From assembly GCA_040397175.1 (NCBI GenBank), contig JBBAWM010000005.1, positions 1 through 56,569 of the forward strand: a DNA stretch of 56,569 nt, given 5' to 3'. The notes beneath the pieces are model-generated. The model worked only from the letters and a program-made list of their open reading frames with translations. It had not been told where the DNA came from and did no database searches. The stretch comes from Candidatus Limnocylindrus sp. (lineage in GTDB: Bacteria > Chloroflexota > Limnocylindria > Limnocylindrales > Limnocylindraceae). The position numbers were made by a program, and so were the translations under genes. Shown here in pieces: positions 8,153-16,337 of this stretch (the first letter of the stretch is position 1; every line of letters starts with the position of its first letter).

Positions 8153-9685
8153 ATGTTCGAATCAATTCCCGCCTGGGTCGTCCTCGTACCGATCACGTTT
8201 GTCTTCCTCGTTATGACTCTGCTCTTGCGCTACACCGCAACCCGCACACGCGGTCGCACCCAGCTGGCCGGACTCGCAGGGTTCTTGCTGATCTACGCCG
8301 CCACAAAATTCGGCCCAATTGCCTCAATGATTCGCCTCGGTAACGACTATCAGCGAGTTGCTGAAGGGGATCAGGTGGTTCGACTCATTCCGTTTCTTCA
8401 ACTTGATACTCGGCTCATTCTTACCCCCTGGATCCCAGACCAGCTCCTGATCGGATTTGCAGCGTTCCTCCCCGCAGTCGTCTTCTTCCAATTGCGACTC
8501 CGCACCACCTTCTGGATCATCTTCACCGTGGTCGCACTTGGTATAGAGATCAATGAGGGTTGGGCAAACATGTCGGGGCTCACGCCACCGTTCCGCATTG
8601 ACATTCATGACGTGGCACTGCGTGGGCTCGGCGTGCTCGCCGCCGCCATCGTCGTGCAACGATCACGTCGGGCGCGCATCGATCGTGACCTACGCCGTAG
8701 GCGCGCCAGTGCCGCCCCGGTAGCCCACGCCGCCACCCAGGCACCAAGCGCGGTGCTCATGATTCGCCCGCGCACCTTCCAGCCCAACCCGGAGACGGCC
8801 GCCGACAACGCCTTCCAATCGGCTGGGGTCGTCGACGTTGCCGAGCGCCAGTCGGTTGCCGCCCAGGCCCAGATTGAGGTGGCCGCGGTCGCGACCGCAC
8901 TGCGCAGCGAAGGGGTCGGGGTGGTGTTGTTCGACGACCGCGAGGGGATCGACACCCCCGACTCCGTCTTCCCCAACAACTGGATCTCGACCCACGACGA
9001 CGGGCGGGTGGTGCTCTATCCGATGGCCGCCCCCAGCCGACGAGGTGAGAGGCGTGGTGACGTGGTGGAGGGGCTACGCGACCGCTACGCCGTTTCGCAA
9101 GTGCTCGACCTCAGCCCCGTAGAGCTGGAGGGGCGCTACCTCGAGGGGACTGGCGCCCTGGTGCTCGACAATGTACATCGCATCGCCTACATGGCTCGCT
9201 CGGGCCGCGCCAACGAGGCGGTCCTTGATCAGTGGTGCGAGGCGATGGGCTACACCGCCGAGGTCTTCGACACCGTAGACCAGGCGGGGCAGCCGATCTA
9301 CCACACCAATGTCGTCCTTTCCATCGCCACGAACTTCGTGGTGGCGGGGCTCAGCAACATCCCAGACCCCCTCGAACGAGCACGAATCGCCGCTCGGCTG
9401 GGCGAAACTGGGCGCGACGTGATCGAGATTGACCGGGGCCAGGTGGCTGAGTTTGCCGGCAACGGGCTCGAGCTGAGCGGCAGCCGCGGGCGCCTCTTCG
9501 CCCTCTCGTCGCGGGCCCTCGCGGCACTCCATCCCGACCAGATCGCCGCCATCGAAACCTCGGCGCGAATCCTGGCGATCAGCATCCCGACCATCGAGCG
9601 ATCGGGGGGTTCGGTCCGCTGCATGTTGGCGGGGATCCACCTGCCGCCGCGCCAACCCGACACCCCAGCGACCCCCGCCGCCTAA
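8153..9685 (+). CDS. VanZ-like membrane domain fused to an amidinotransferase-family (CtlX/arginine-deiminase-related) hydrolase
   Basis: N-terminal ~180 aa hydrophobic with LIPF...GIE...RIDIHDV. C-terminal AVLMIRP..F..NPETAADNAFQ, PDSVFPNNW, LEGTG, IYHTN, GGSVRCM. Confidence 0.8.
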   Translation: MFESIPAWVVLVPITFVFLVMTLLLRYTATRTRGRTQLAGLAGFLLIYAATKFGPIASMIRLGNDYQRVAEGDQVVRLIPFLQLDTRLILTPWIPDQLLIGFAAFLPAVVFFQLRLRTTFWIIFTVVALGIEINEGWANMSGLTPPFRIDIHDVALRGLGVLAAAIVVQRSRRARIDRDLRRRRASAAPVAHAATQAPSAVLMIRPRTFQPNPETAADNAFQSAGVVDVAERQSVAAQAQIEVAAVATALRSEGVGVVLFDDREGIDTPDSVFPNNWISTHDDGRVVLYPMAAPSRRGERRGDVVEGLRDRYAVSQVLDLSPVELEGRYLEGTGALVLDNVHRIAYMARSGRANEAVLDQWCEAMGYTAEVFDTVDQAGQPIYHTNVVLSIATNFVVAGLSNIPDPLERARIAARLGETGRDVIEIDRGQVAEFAGNGLELSGSRGRLFALSSRALAALHPDQIAAIETSARILAISIPTIERSGGSVRCMLAGIHLPPRQPDTPATPAA

Positions 9686-9846
9686 CCGCGCGCCGCCCGC
9701 GGCGCTTTTTTGGCGTCCGCTTCGCCGCCACCCTGGCCGCCGCCAAGGCACCATGCGAAACGACCGCTTCACAAATCCGCGCGAGTCTGGCACGCTATAG
9801 GTCGTCCGGGCGACCAACGCCTGGGGAGTTTAATGAGGTGAAACAC

Positions 9847-10257
9847 ATGGCAGTTGCCAAGAAGAAGAAGGTCGCGAAGAAGGCTGCTGTTGCCGCCGTC
9901 GCCGCCGCCGTTCCTGCCGCCCCTAAGAAGGCTGCGAAGAAGGCCGTGAAGAAGGTTGCCAAGAAGGCCGCAAAGGCTGCAAAGCCTGCCGCCAAGAAGG
10001 CAGCGAAGGCCAAGGCCGCTCCTAAGGCTGCGAAGAAGGCAGTCAAGAAGGCCGTGAAGAAGGCTGCGAAGAAGGCTGCTCCAAAGGCCGCCAAGAAGGC
10101 AGTGAAGAAGGTCGCGAAGAAGGCCGCCAAGAAGGTTGCGAAGAAGGCAGCCCCTAAGGCGAAGAAGGCGAAGAAGGCCAAGAAGTCGAAGAAGGCTGCG
10201 AAGCCTGCTGTTGCGACTCCTGCCGCTTCGACCGGCTGGAGCATCTTCGGCAAGTAA
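9847..10257 (+). CDS. Histone H1/Hc2-like Lys/Ala-rich basic protein
   Basis: Repeated KKAA/KKVA/PK units; strong SD GAGGTG; followed by a terminator. Confidence 0.85.
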   Translation: MAVAKKKKVAKKAAVAAVAAAVPAAPKKAAKKAVKKVAKKAAKAAKPAAKKAAKAKAAPKAAKKAVKKAVKKAAKKAAPKAAKKAVKKVAKKAAKKVAKKAAPKAKKAKKAKKSKKAAKPAVATPAASTGWSIFGK

Positions 10258-10309
10258 GCCGAATCGCATCGCGCGTTCGCGCGCGACACGCGACGTTCAG
10301 TAGAACGAC

Positions 10310-10346
10310 AAGAGACCCCGCACCAAACGGTGCGGGGTCTCTTTTT
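10310..10346 (+). terminator. Rho-independent terminator
   Basis: AAGAGACCCCGCACC-AAAC-GGTGCGGGGTCTCTT perfect stem followed by a T-run, between convergent genes. Confidence 0.9.
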
Positions 10347-10349
10347 CTC

Positions 10350-10577
10350 TTAGGGCTCCTGTGTCGTAATCAGTGCACCGTCACGCAAATACCGTGCGCC
10401 ACAACGAAGGCATGCGAGCTCGGGCTCACTCCCCGTCACCACACAACCACCCAGCGCAATGGTTCCGCGTTCAGAATCCTGGATCGCGGTGCCGATCGGC
10501 AAGCCGTAGACGATCGGCACGAGCTTCGCCTTGGCGCAGGCGGGGCAGGCCGACCCCCTCCGCAACGTGCCGCTCAC
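10350..10577 (-). CDS. Small zinc-ribbon-type protein (CxxC...IVYGLP...GGC...CxxC)
   Basis: CPAC, IVYGLP, LGGCVV, CLRCG; overlaps the stop of the upstream ORF. Confidence 0.7.
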   Translation of the reverse strand: MSGTLRRGSACPACAKAKLVPIVYGLPIGTAIQDSERGTIALGGCVVTGSEPELACLRCGARYLRDGALITTQEP

Positions 10578-10957
10578 GAGACCCTGCGGCGGTTCGCCGC
10601 GCGGCCCTTGAGGATGCCAATCAGTGCCTTCGGGAGCGACGGGGGTGTCGCCGGTTCGGGGCGCCGTGAACGCGGTGTTCCGAGCGGCAGGTATCGCTCG
10701 AACGAGGCGGCGAAATCGATCTCTTCGGATTCGGTGGCCGCCTCCTCGAGGAAGACGGGGGTGCGAGCCTCGAGCTTGTTGATGAGGTCGGCGATCTCGG
10801 CGCCCATGGGGGCGGCGGTGATCAGCAGGCGCTCACTGGGGTAGCCCCAGGCGCAGTAGGCGGTCTCTCCCGCCACATAGACGCTCATGAGGCGGCCACG
10901 CTCCTGTGGCCCTTCGTTGGAAACATCAGCGCGGACTCGGCTCGGGGTGGGTCGCAT
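10574..10957 (-). CDS. Hypothetical protein
   Basis: SD AAGGAG before the ATG at 10957 (alternative ATG at 10888); coupled to the downstream CxxC gene. Confidence 0.5.
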   Translation of the reverse strand: MRPTPSRVRADVSNEGPQERGRLMSVYVAGETAYCAWGYPSERLLITAAPMGAEIADLINKLEARTPVFLEEAATESEEIDFAASFERYLPLGTPRSRRPEPATPPSLPKALIGILKGRAANRRRVS

Positions 10958-11066
10958 GAGGACTCCTTCCACGACGGGGTCGGCGATCGGCGGCGCCTCC
11001 GCGGACCCATCACCTGCACACCCTACTTGTGGCTTGTGCCACCAGACTGGCACGACATCGTGCGAG

Positions 11067-11612
11067 TTAGAAGCCGCGACGCACCATCTCAATAAAGATT
11101 CGTCCGGCGGTGCGTGCGTCGGTCTCGGCCCGGTGCGGTTGCCCCTCGACCTGAATGCCGAGCTCGGCAACCGCCTCACTCAGCTTCGGCCACTTCTCGC
11201 TCTCGGAGACCAGGTTCAGCATGGTGCAGTACTGCTTCGACGGTGGCGCAAACACACCGAGCCAGCGCAGCCCGTTGCGATCGAACTCCATGTTGTGGGC
11301 CACGACGAGATCCGCCCCCTGGAGCGCATCCGTCATCTGCTGCCGCGCCACGCCGCGATCGACACCTGCAACATCGATCATCTCTGGGGTGATCTTGGTG
11401 AGGTTGATGATGAAATCGGAGATGGCCGTCTCTGGGTAGACCAGGGTCGACCAGGCGCTCACCTCGCGCGACCCCTCATAGATCACCGCGGCGGCCTCGA
11501 TGACACCGGTGGAGGGATCACGACTCCAAATCCCGGTCGTCTCAAAGTCGATCGCCGCCCAGCGCGCCGGTAGGGTGCGCTGAAATCGATCGGTCGGAGT
11601 CGCCAGGTTCAT
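11067..11612 (-). CDS. DEDDh 3'-5' exonuclease (DnaQ/epsilon-like, stand-alone)
   Basis: ExoI IDFETTG, ExoII AHNMEFD, ExoIII HRAETDA. Confidence 0.9.
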   Translation of the reverse strand: MNLATPTDRFQRTLPARWAAIDFETTGIWSRDPSTGVIEAAAVIYEGSREVSAWSTLVYPETAISDFIINLTKITPEMIDVAGVDRGVARQQMTDALQGADLVVAHNMEFDRNGLRWLGVFAPPSKQYCTMLNLVSESEKWPKLSEAVAELGIQVEGQPHRAETDARTAGRIFIEMVRRGF

Positions 11613-11648
11613 GGGGCGATTATGCCGCCTTCGGGCTACGATGCACGC

Positions 11649-12431
11649 ATGGAACTCCTCCTCCTCGCACTGCTTGGCGCCGCCGCCTCAGCGATCACGA
11701 TCGTCTCGGGGTTCGGGCTCAACACCGTGCTGGTGCCCGCGTTCGCCGTGCTCTTCCCCCTACCGCTAGCCATCGCCGCCGTCGCGGTGGTGCACCTGGT
11801 TGCCAGTGCCTTCCGCTTCGTGATCTTCCGGGCGCACATCAGCCGGGCCATTGCCCTGCAGTTCGTGCCGTGGGCAATCGTCGGTGGGGTGCTCGGCGCC
11901 GTCATCCTTGAGCTTCTCGGCGCGGTCCCAGTGATGGCCACCTACACGCTCCTTGGCCTGACGAAATCGGTCACCGCGGTCAAGGTGGTTGTTGGCGCTA
12001 CCATCTCGGCGCTCTCGCTCTATGAGCTGCGTCGCGGTGCGCAGCCGAGCGAAATGAGCGCCACCGGCATTCGCGCCGGGGCGCTCGCCTCGGGATTCTT
12101 CGGCGGCCTCTCGGGGAACCAGGGGGCGATTCGGAGCACGGTGCTCATGCGCGCCGGCCTCACCCCACTCGGATTTGCCGCCACTGGCGCCCTCGCCGCC
12201 ATCGCCATCGATCTCACCCGACTCTTCGTGTACGGCACCGCGGGGAGCATTGCCGAAATTCTCTCCAGCGCCTCGATTCGTGGCGCCATCGCCGCCGCAA
12301 CGATCGGCGCCCTTGCTGGGGCGCTCGTTGGTCGGCAGCTCCTCGCGACCATGAGTAGCGCGCGGCTCCACCTACTCGTTGGATGGAGTCTCGTCATCGG
12401 CGGCCTACTCATCGGGGTCGGCGCGCTGTGA
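11649..12431 (+). CDS. TauE/SafE (sulfite exporter, TSUP) family membrane protein
   Basis: VSGFG..TVLVP and repeated SGFFGGLSGNQG motifs; hydrophobic throughout. Confidence 0.8.
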   Translation: MELLLLALLGAAASAITIVSGFGLNTVLVPAFAVLFPLPLAIAAVAVVHLVASAFRFVIFRAHISRAIALQFVPWAIVGGVLGAVILELLGAVPVMATYTLLGLTKSVTAVKVVVGATISALSLYELRRGAQPSEMSATGIRAGALASGFFGGLSGNQGAIRSTVLMRAGLTPLGFAATGALAAIAIDLTRLFVYGTAGSIAEILSSASIRGAIAAATIGALAGALVGRQLLATMSSARLHLLVGWSLVIGGLLIGVGAL

Positions 12432-12967
12432 TGCGGTCGCTTATCCGCGGTCGTGCCGCTGAGCGCCTGGTGCTCTTCGGCGCGGCGGCGATCCTCGCCT
12501 GTGATTTTGTGGATCAAACCCTTGATGCGCGCATCTACGCCGCCTCGGAGCACGCGATCGGCAAGGCTGCCTGGCTCTTTCACCTTGGCGTGGGGGCGAT
12601 TCTCGTTGTCACGTTGCTCCTCCTAGCGCGCAACTGGGGGGTGCAGGGGCGACGAGGGGTCACACGCGCGCTGATCGTGGCGGCGATCGGCATCGTTGGC
12701 CTGGTGGTCTTTCCAACCGATCCAGGCTGGGAGGTCGTAAGTGTTCCCGGTCGCCTTCACCCAACCTTTGCACTCATTGCGGCGGGGAGCCTGCTGATCG
12801 CTGGATCGCGACTCGCGCACCCGCGACGGCTACTGATTGATACGGGGCTGCTCTACGGCGCAGGGTTCGTTGGCTACGTGGTGGGTGGTGGCGCCGGTGC
12901 AGCAGAGCGGGCTGCCCTTGCCGTGGTTGGCACGCTGCTCTTCTTGGCAGCGCGGCGGAGTCGCTAG
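12431..12967 (+). CDS. Membrane protein (DUF998-like)
   Basis: Multiple TM segments, FPTDP...GRLH, AERA near the C-terminus; overlaps the TauE stop. Confidence 0.55.
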   Translation: MRSLIRGRAAERLVLFGAAAILACDFVDQTLDARIYAASEHAIGKAAWLFHLGVGAILVVTLLLLARNWGVQGRRGVTRALIVAAIGIVGLVVFPTDPGWEVVSVPGRLHPTFALIAAGSLLIAGSRLAHPRRLLIDTGLLYGAGFVGYVVGGGAGAAERAALAVVGTLLFLAARRSR

Positions 12968-13725
12968 ACCGACTTTGTGCGCGAGGCGGCGCTGCTTGCG
13001 CCGCCCTTCTTGCCGATCGCGCACACCTTTGCCTCTACAGTGGCGCGCTGCGCCTCCTGCGAACCACGAATCACCTCGCGCAGGGAGCTGCTCTCGATGG
13101 GCCCATACATATGGTGACCGCGAGCGGTACGCAGGATCGAGGTTGCCAGGAGGCGAATCTCCACAGCGGTCATGCCAACACTCTTCAGGTACGGGCTCAC
13201 CCACTGAATGCAGCGCTCGACATTGGCCTCGAACAAGAGTCGCATCCCTTCGCGACCGATCTTGGTCGACTCCACGTAGCGAATAACCTCCCACATCTCC
13301 TTCTGCTTCAGATGGAACTTGCAGCCGATCTCGACCACGGCATCGAGCTCATCGGCCCAGGTGGCGGCGGTCCACGGTCGCGAGGTGGAGAGCATCACGC
13401 TCGACCACCATGCGCCAGCCCACGTCTCGTAGAGGTCAAAGAAGATCGAATCGCGATCATCGAAGAATTGGTACGCCGTTCCGGCGGCGATCTTCGCCTT
13501 GGCGGCGACCATTTGCATGGTGACGCTGCCCACGCCCTTGCTGTTGGCGAGCTCGCGCGCTGACTCGAGGATTACCCCTCGTGTGCGCAGGGAGCGGGCC
13601 TGGCTTGGAATGCGTCGGCGACCGCCGGCCCAAGTGGCAAGTGGGAACGGCGCAGGCGACAGGGCGCCATCGGGGGCGCTGACGATCTTCCCTTTTGCGA
13701 GCCGCGTCTTACCAGGCATCTGCAT
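12964..13725 (-). CDS. TetR/AcrR family regulator
   Basis: QARSLRTRGVILESA...VTMQMVAAKAKIAAGTAYQFFDD HTH; start approximate. Confidence 0.88.
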   Translation of the reverse strand: MQMPGKTRLAKGKIVSAPDGALSPAPFPLATWAGGRRRIPSQARSLRTRGVILESARELANSKGVGSVTMQMVAAKAKIAAGTAYQFFDDRDSIFFDLYETWAGAWWSSVMLSTSRPWTAATWADELDAVVEIGCKFHLKQKEMWEVIRYVESTKIGREGMRLLFEANVERCIQWVSPYLKSVGMTAVEIRLLATSILRTARGHHMYGPIESSSLREVIRGSQEAQRATVEAKVCAIGKKGGASSAASRTKSV

Positions 13726-13835
13726 ACCTTTGCACAGTTGCACGCTCGCTCACATATTTTTTGAACAAAGTTCGCGTTGCGGTGGTCGCGCTGCACGTAT
13801 TGTGAGGTTTTCTCTTATTTCTAGTGCGCTGCTCC

Positions 13836-14558
13836 CTATGCCGCGTTGTGTCGCCGCAAGTATTCGACAAAGAGTGCACGTTGCGCAGCAAATGAGCCCT
13901 CAACCACGTCGCTCAGCGTTGACGTGGCGAGCGCGGCAAAGATGTGGTGACCTCGGGCAGAGTAGACGTTGGCTCGACAGATAAAGCGAATCTCTTCGGC
14001 GGTGAGACCCGCGGCCAGCAGGTACGGCGATGTCGAGCGAATGGTTCGATCAATCTGCGCCGCAAGCATGAGCAGCGCCGCGACTCTCCCCTCGGCCGTC
14101 GCGTCTACATGGCGAATCACCGGCCAAGAGTCAGAGTGCTTTACCAAGAAGTTACAACTGCCCTCAATCAGGCGCCTGAGCTGACCCTCCCAGTGTTCGC
14201 TCATCAACTCACTCGTGTACGTGAGGATGACGCTCCACCAGTCGCGATACCACTCCTCGTAGATGTCACGATAGATGCATTCAAGATCGTCGAAGAACTG
14301 ATAGGCGGTGCCGCTGGCGATCCCGGCGCGCTGTGAGACCAGCTGCATGGTCACTCCACTGATGCCGTTCTCGTTCGCGAGGGATCGTGCCGCGTCAAGT
14401 ATGAGTTTTCGCGTGGCAATCGAGCGTTCCTGCTTCGGCTCATGTCGCACATCGTTGCGCCAGTTGATGAGCGGAAAGGGGTCAGGGAGCAGGCCACCAT
14501 CGGTCGTTCTCGGTTCGTTGGAAGCAGAGGTGGTTACCACCCCGCTACTGTCGCACAT
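13836..14558 (-). CDS. TetR/AcrR family regulator, paralog of the adjacent gene
   Basis: QERSIATRKLILDAA...VTMQLVSQRAGIASGTAYQFFDD; shares ARGHH in the C-domain with its neighbour. Confidence 0.88.
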   Translation of the reverse strand: MCDSSGVVTTSASNEPRTTDGGLLPDPFPLINWRNDVRHEPKQERSIATRKLILDAARSLANENGISGVTMQLVSQRAGIASGTAYQFFDDLECIYRDIYEEWYRDWWSVILTYTSELMSEHWEGQLRRLIEGSCNFLVKHSDSWPVIRHVDATAEGRVAALLMLAAQIDRTIRSTSPYLLAAGLTAEEIRFICRANVYSARGHHIFAALATSTLSDVVEGSFAAQRALFVEYLRRHNAA

Positions 14559-14575
14559 CTACCGCGGCGAGCACA

Positions 14576-14589
14576 TGTGAGCCCTCACA
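14576..14589. promoter_or_regulatory. Palindrome TGTGAG-CC-CTCACA, candidate TetR operator
   Basis: Perfect 6-bp arms just upstream of the tetR start; TGTGAG half-sites also occur between the two tetR genes (about 13750 and 13801). Confidence 0.5.
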
Positions 14590-14603
14590 GATTTAGCGGC
14601 AGA

Positions 14604-16337
14604 CTACTCCGCAGCGCGTCGGAGGTGGCGGATCAGCTTCTCGGCGGCATTCGCGCCTGGTGCGCCCGTGACACCGCCGCCCGGTGCGGTGCCCGCGCCC
14701 GACAAGAAGAGCCCATCGATCGGGGTCTCGTAGCGGCCAATGCCGTAGAGCGGGCGCCACTGCGCAAACTGGTCGAAGCCCTCGTTCACGTGCATGGCGT
14801 GGCCACCGGTGGCACCCCAGTCGCTCTGCAGGTCGGCAGGCGTAATGAGTTGGCGCGCCACGATGTGTCCGCTCATGCCAGGGGCGACAGACTCGAGTAC
14901 CGCAACGGCGCGGTCGGCGAGCGTCTTGCGCGCGTCGGCGGTCCAGCCGCCCTTCAGGTCAACCGGCGCGTACTGCACCACGACGCTTAGCAGGTGGCGC
15001 TTGTCGTTCGTAAGGCTCGGGTCAATCAGCGTTGGGATCATCGCTTCGACCACTGGCACGTCGCTCATCTCGCCGTACTTGCTCGAATCAAAGGCGCGCT
15101 CGATCCCCAAGATGTCGCTGAGGATGGTGATACGCCCGCGCAGGCGCACCTCTTGCTCGGCGGCAGAACCGGCGCTCGGGAAGGCTGGGAGCTGGTCGAG
15201 CAGAATGTTGAGCTTTGCGGTGACGCCAGTGTTGCGCGTGGCTCGCAGGCGTCGGCGCAGTTCAGGGCCGGTGGCCTCAACGCCGAGTAGGTTCAGCAGC
15301 GTGCTCTTTGGATCCAGTGTGGAGAGCACGTACGGCGCAATGATCTCTTCGCCACTGGCGAGTGCCACGCCCGTCACGCGACCGTCACGCTCAGTAATGG
15401 CGGTGACCTGTGCGCCCGTGCGAATCTCGGCACCGAAGCCGCGTGCCGCATCGGCGATCGCGCTAATGAGTGCGCCTGGTCCGCCGATCGCAACAACGGT
15501 TTCACCTGAGGCACCGCCGTCGGCGCCGTCACCAGTGATGCTGTCAAAGAGGAGCGATGCGCCGGTGCCTGGTGAGATCGGTCCGCTGGCGTTGTAGCGT
15601 GAGCCGCGCCACGAAATGAGTGCCTCAAGGTGGTCGTCGTTGATGTACTCGTTGACGAGGTCAGCCGCCGACATTGGGAGCATGCGCAGAATCTCGCGAC
15701 CATCGCCCTCTTCGAGGCCAGTGAACGGCGCGCGGAAGGCGAAGCCTGCGAGCAGTTCAGCGACCGACTTGCCGCCATCAAGATCTGGTGGAATGCCGTC
15801 GAGGACCTTCTCAAAGTAGGCGCCGATGCGGCGCATGCGGCCGTCGAGCTTCAGGTAGCCCGCAGCGACCTTCTCGCCGTTCGGACGAGTGGCGAGTTCG
15901 GCGGCGGTGCGCTTCGCATCGCGCCAGAGGGTAATGGCGGTGCCGTTCGTTGGGTGCGGCGCGAAGTTGCGCGCCTCTGGCTCCACGAGCTTCACCTTGC
16001 CTTGCAGGCCAAGGTCGCGGGCAACGCGCGGTCGGAAGCGACCAACGGTGTGCGCGAGCATTGGAGCGCGAACGCCGTCGACATCGCCGGTGAGCGCCAT
16101 GCCGCCGAGTTCGGTGCGGGCCTCAACCAAGATGGTCTTCACCCCTGCGCGCGCGAGGTAGGCGGCGGCAACAAGGCCGTTATGTCCGCCACCAATCACC
16201 ACCACATCGGCGGTGGCGGCGGGCTTGCCTGCGCGTGGTGCCTTCTGCACTTTTGGAGGCAGCTCGGCCTTGCCGGTTTTTTCCGCTGGCTTCAACGTCT
16301 TTGGCGCGGCCTTCGGTGCGGACTTCTTGGCGGCCAT
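14604..16337 (-). CDS. Phytoene desaturase-like FAD oxidoreductase (subunit B) with a basic N-terminal extension
   Basis: VVIGGGHNGLVAAAYLA Rossmann motif; ITPADL; GTAPGGGVTGAPG. Confidence 0.85.
   Translation of the reverse strand: MAAKKSAPKAAPKTLKPAEKTGKAELPPKVQKAPRAGKPAATADVVVIGGGHNGLVAAAYLARAGVKTILVEARTELGGMALTGDVDGVRAPMLAHTVGRFRPRVARDLGLQGKVKLVEPEARNFAPHPTNGTAITLWRDAKRTAAELATRPNGEKVAAGYLKLDGRMRRIGAYFEKVLDGIPPDLDGGKSVAELLAGFAFRAPFTGLEEGDGREILRMLPMSAADLVNEYINDDHLEALISWRGSRYNASGPISPGTGASLLFDSITGDGADGGASGETVVAIGGPGALISAIADAARGFGAEIRTGAQVTAITERDGRVTGVALASGEEIIAPYVLSTLDPKSTLLNLLGVEATGPELRRRLRATRNTGVTAKLNILLDQLPAFPSAGSAAEQEVRLRGRITILSDILGIERAFDSSKYGEMSDVPVVEAMIPTLIDPSLTNDKRHLLSVVVQYAPVDLKGGWTADARKTLADRAVAVLESVAPGMSGHIVARQLITPADLQSDWGATGGHAMHVNEGFDQFAQWRPLYGIGRYETPIDGLFLSGAGTAPGGGVTGAPGANAAEKLIRHLRRAAE

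Noticed and set aside
9769-10289. Hydrophobic antisense ORFs (AAFF/GLL repeats)
   Set aside because: They are mirror images of the AAG/GCC repeats in the H1-like gene, which has the SD and terminator.
13763-13773. GAACAAAGTTC as a second SOS box
   Set aside because: The spacer is 3 nt rather than 4, so it does not fit the LexA consensus.
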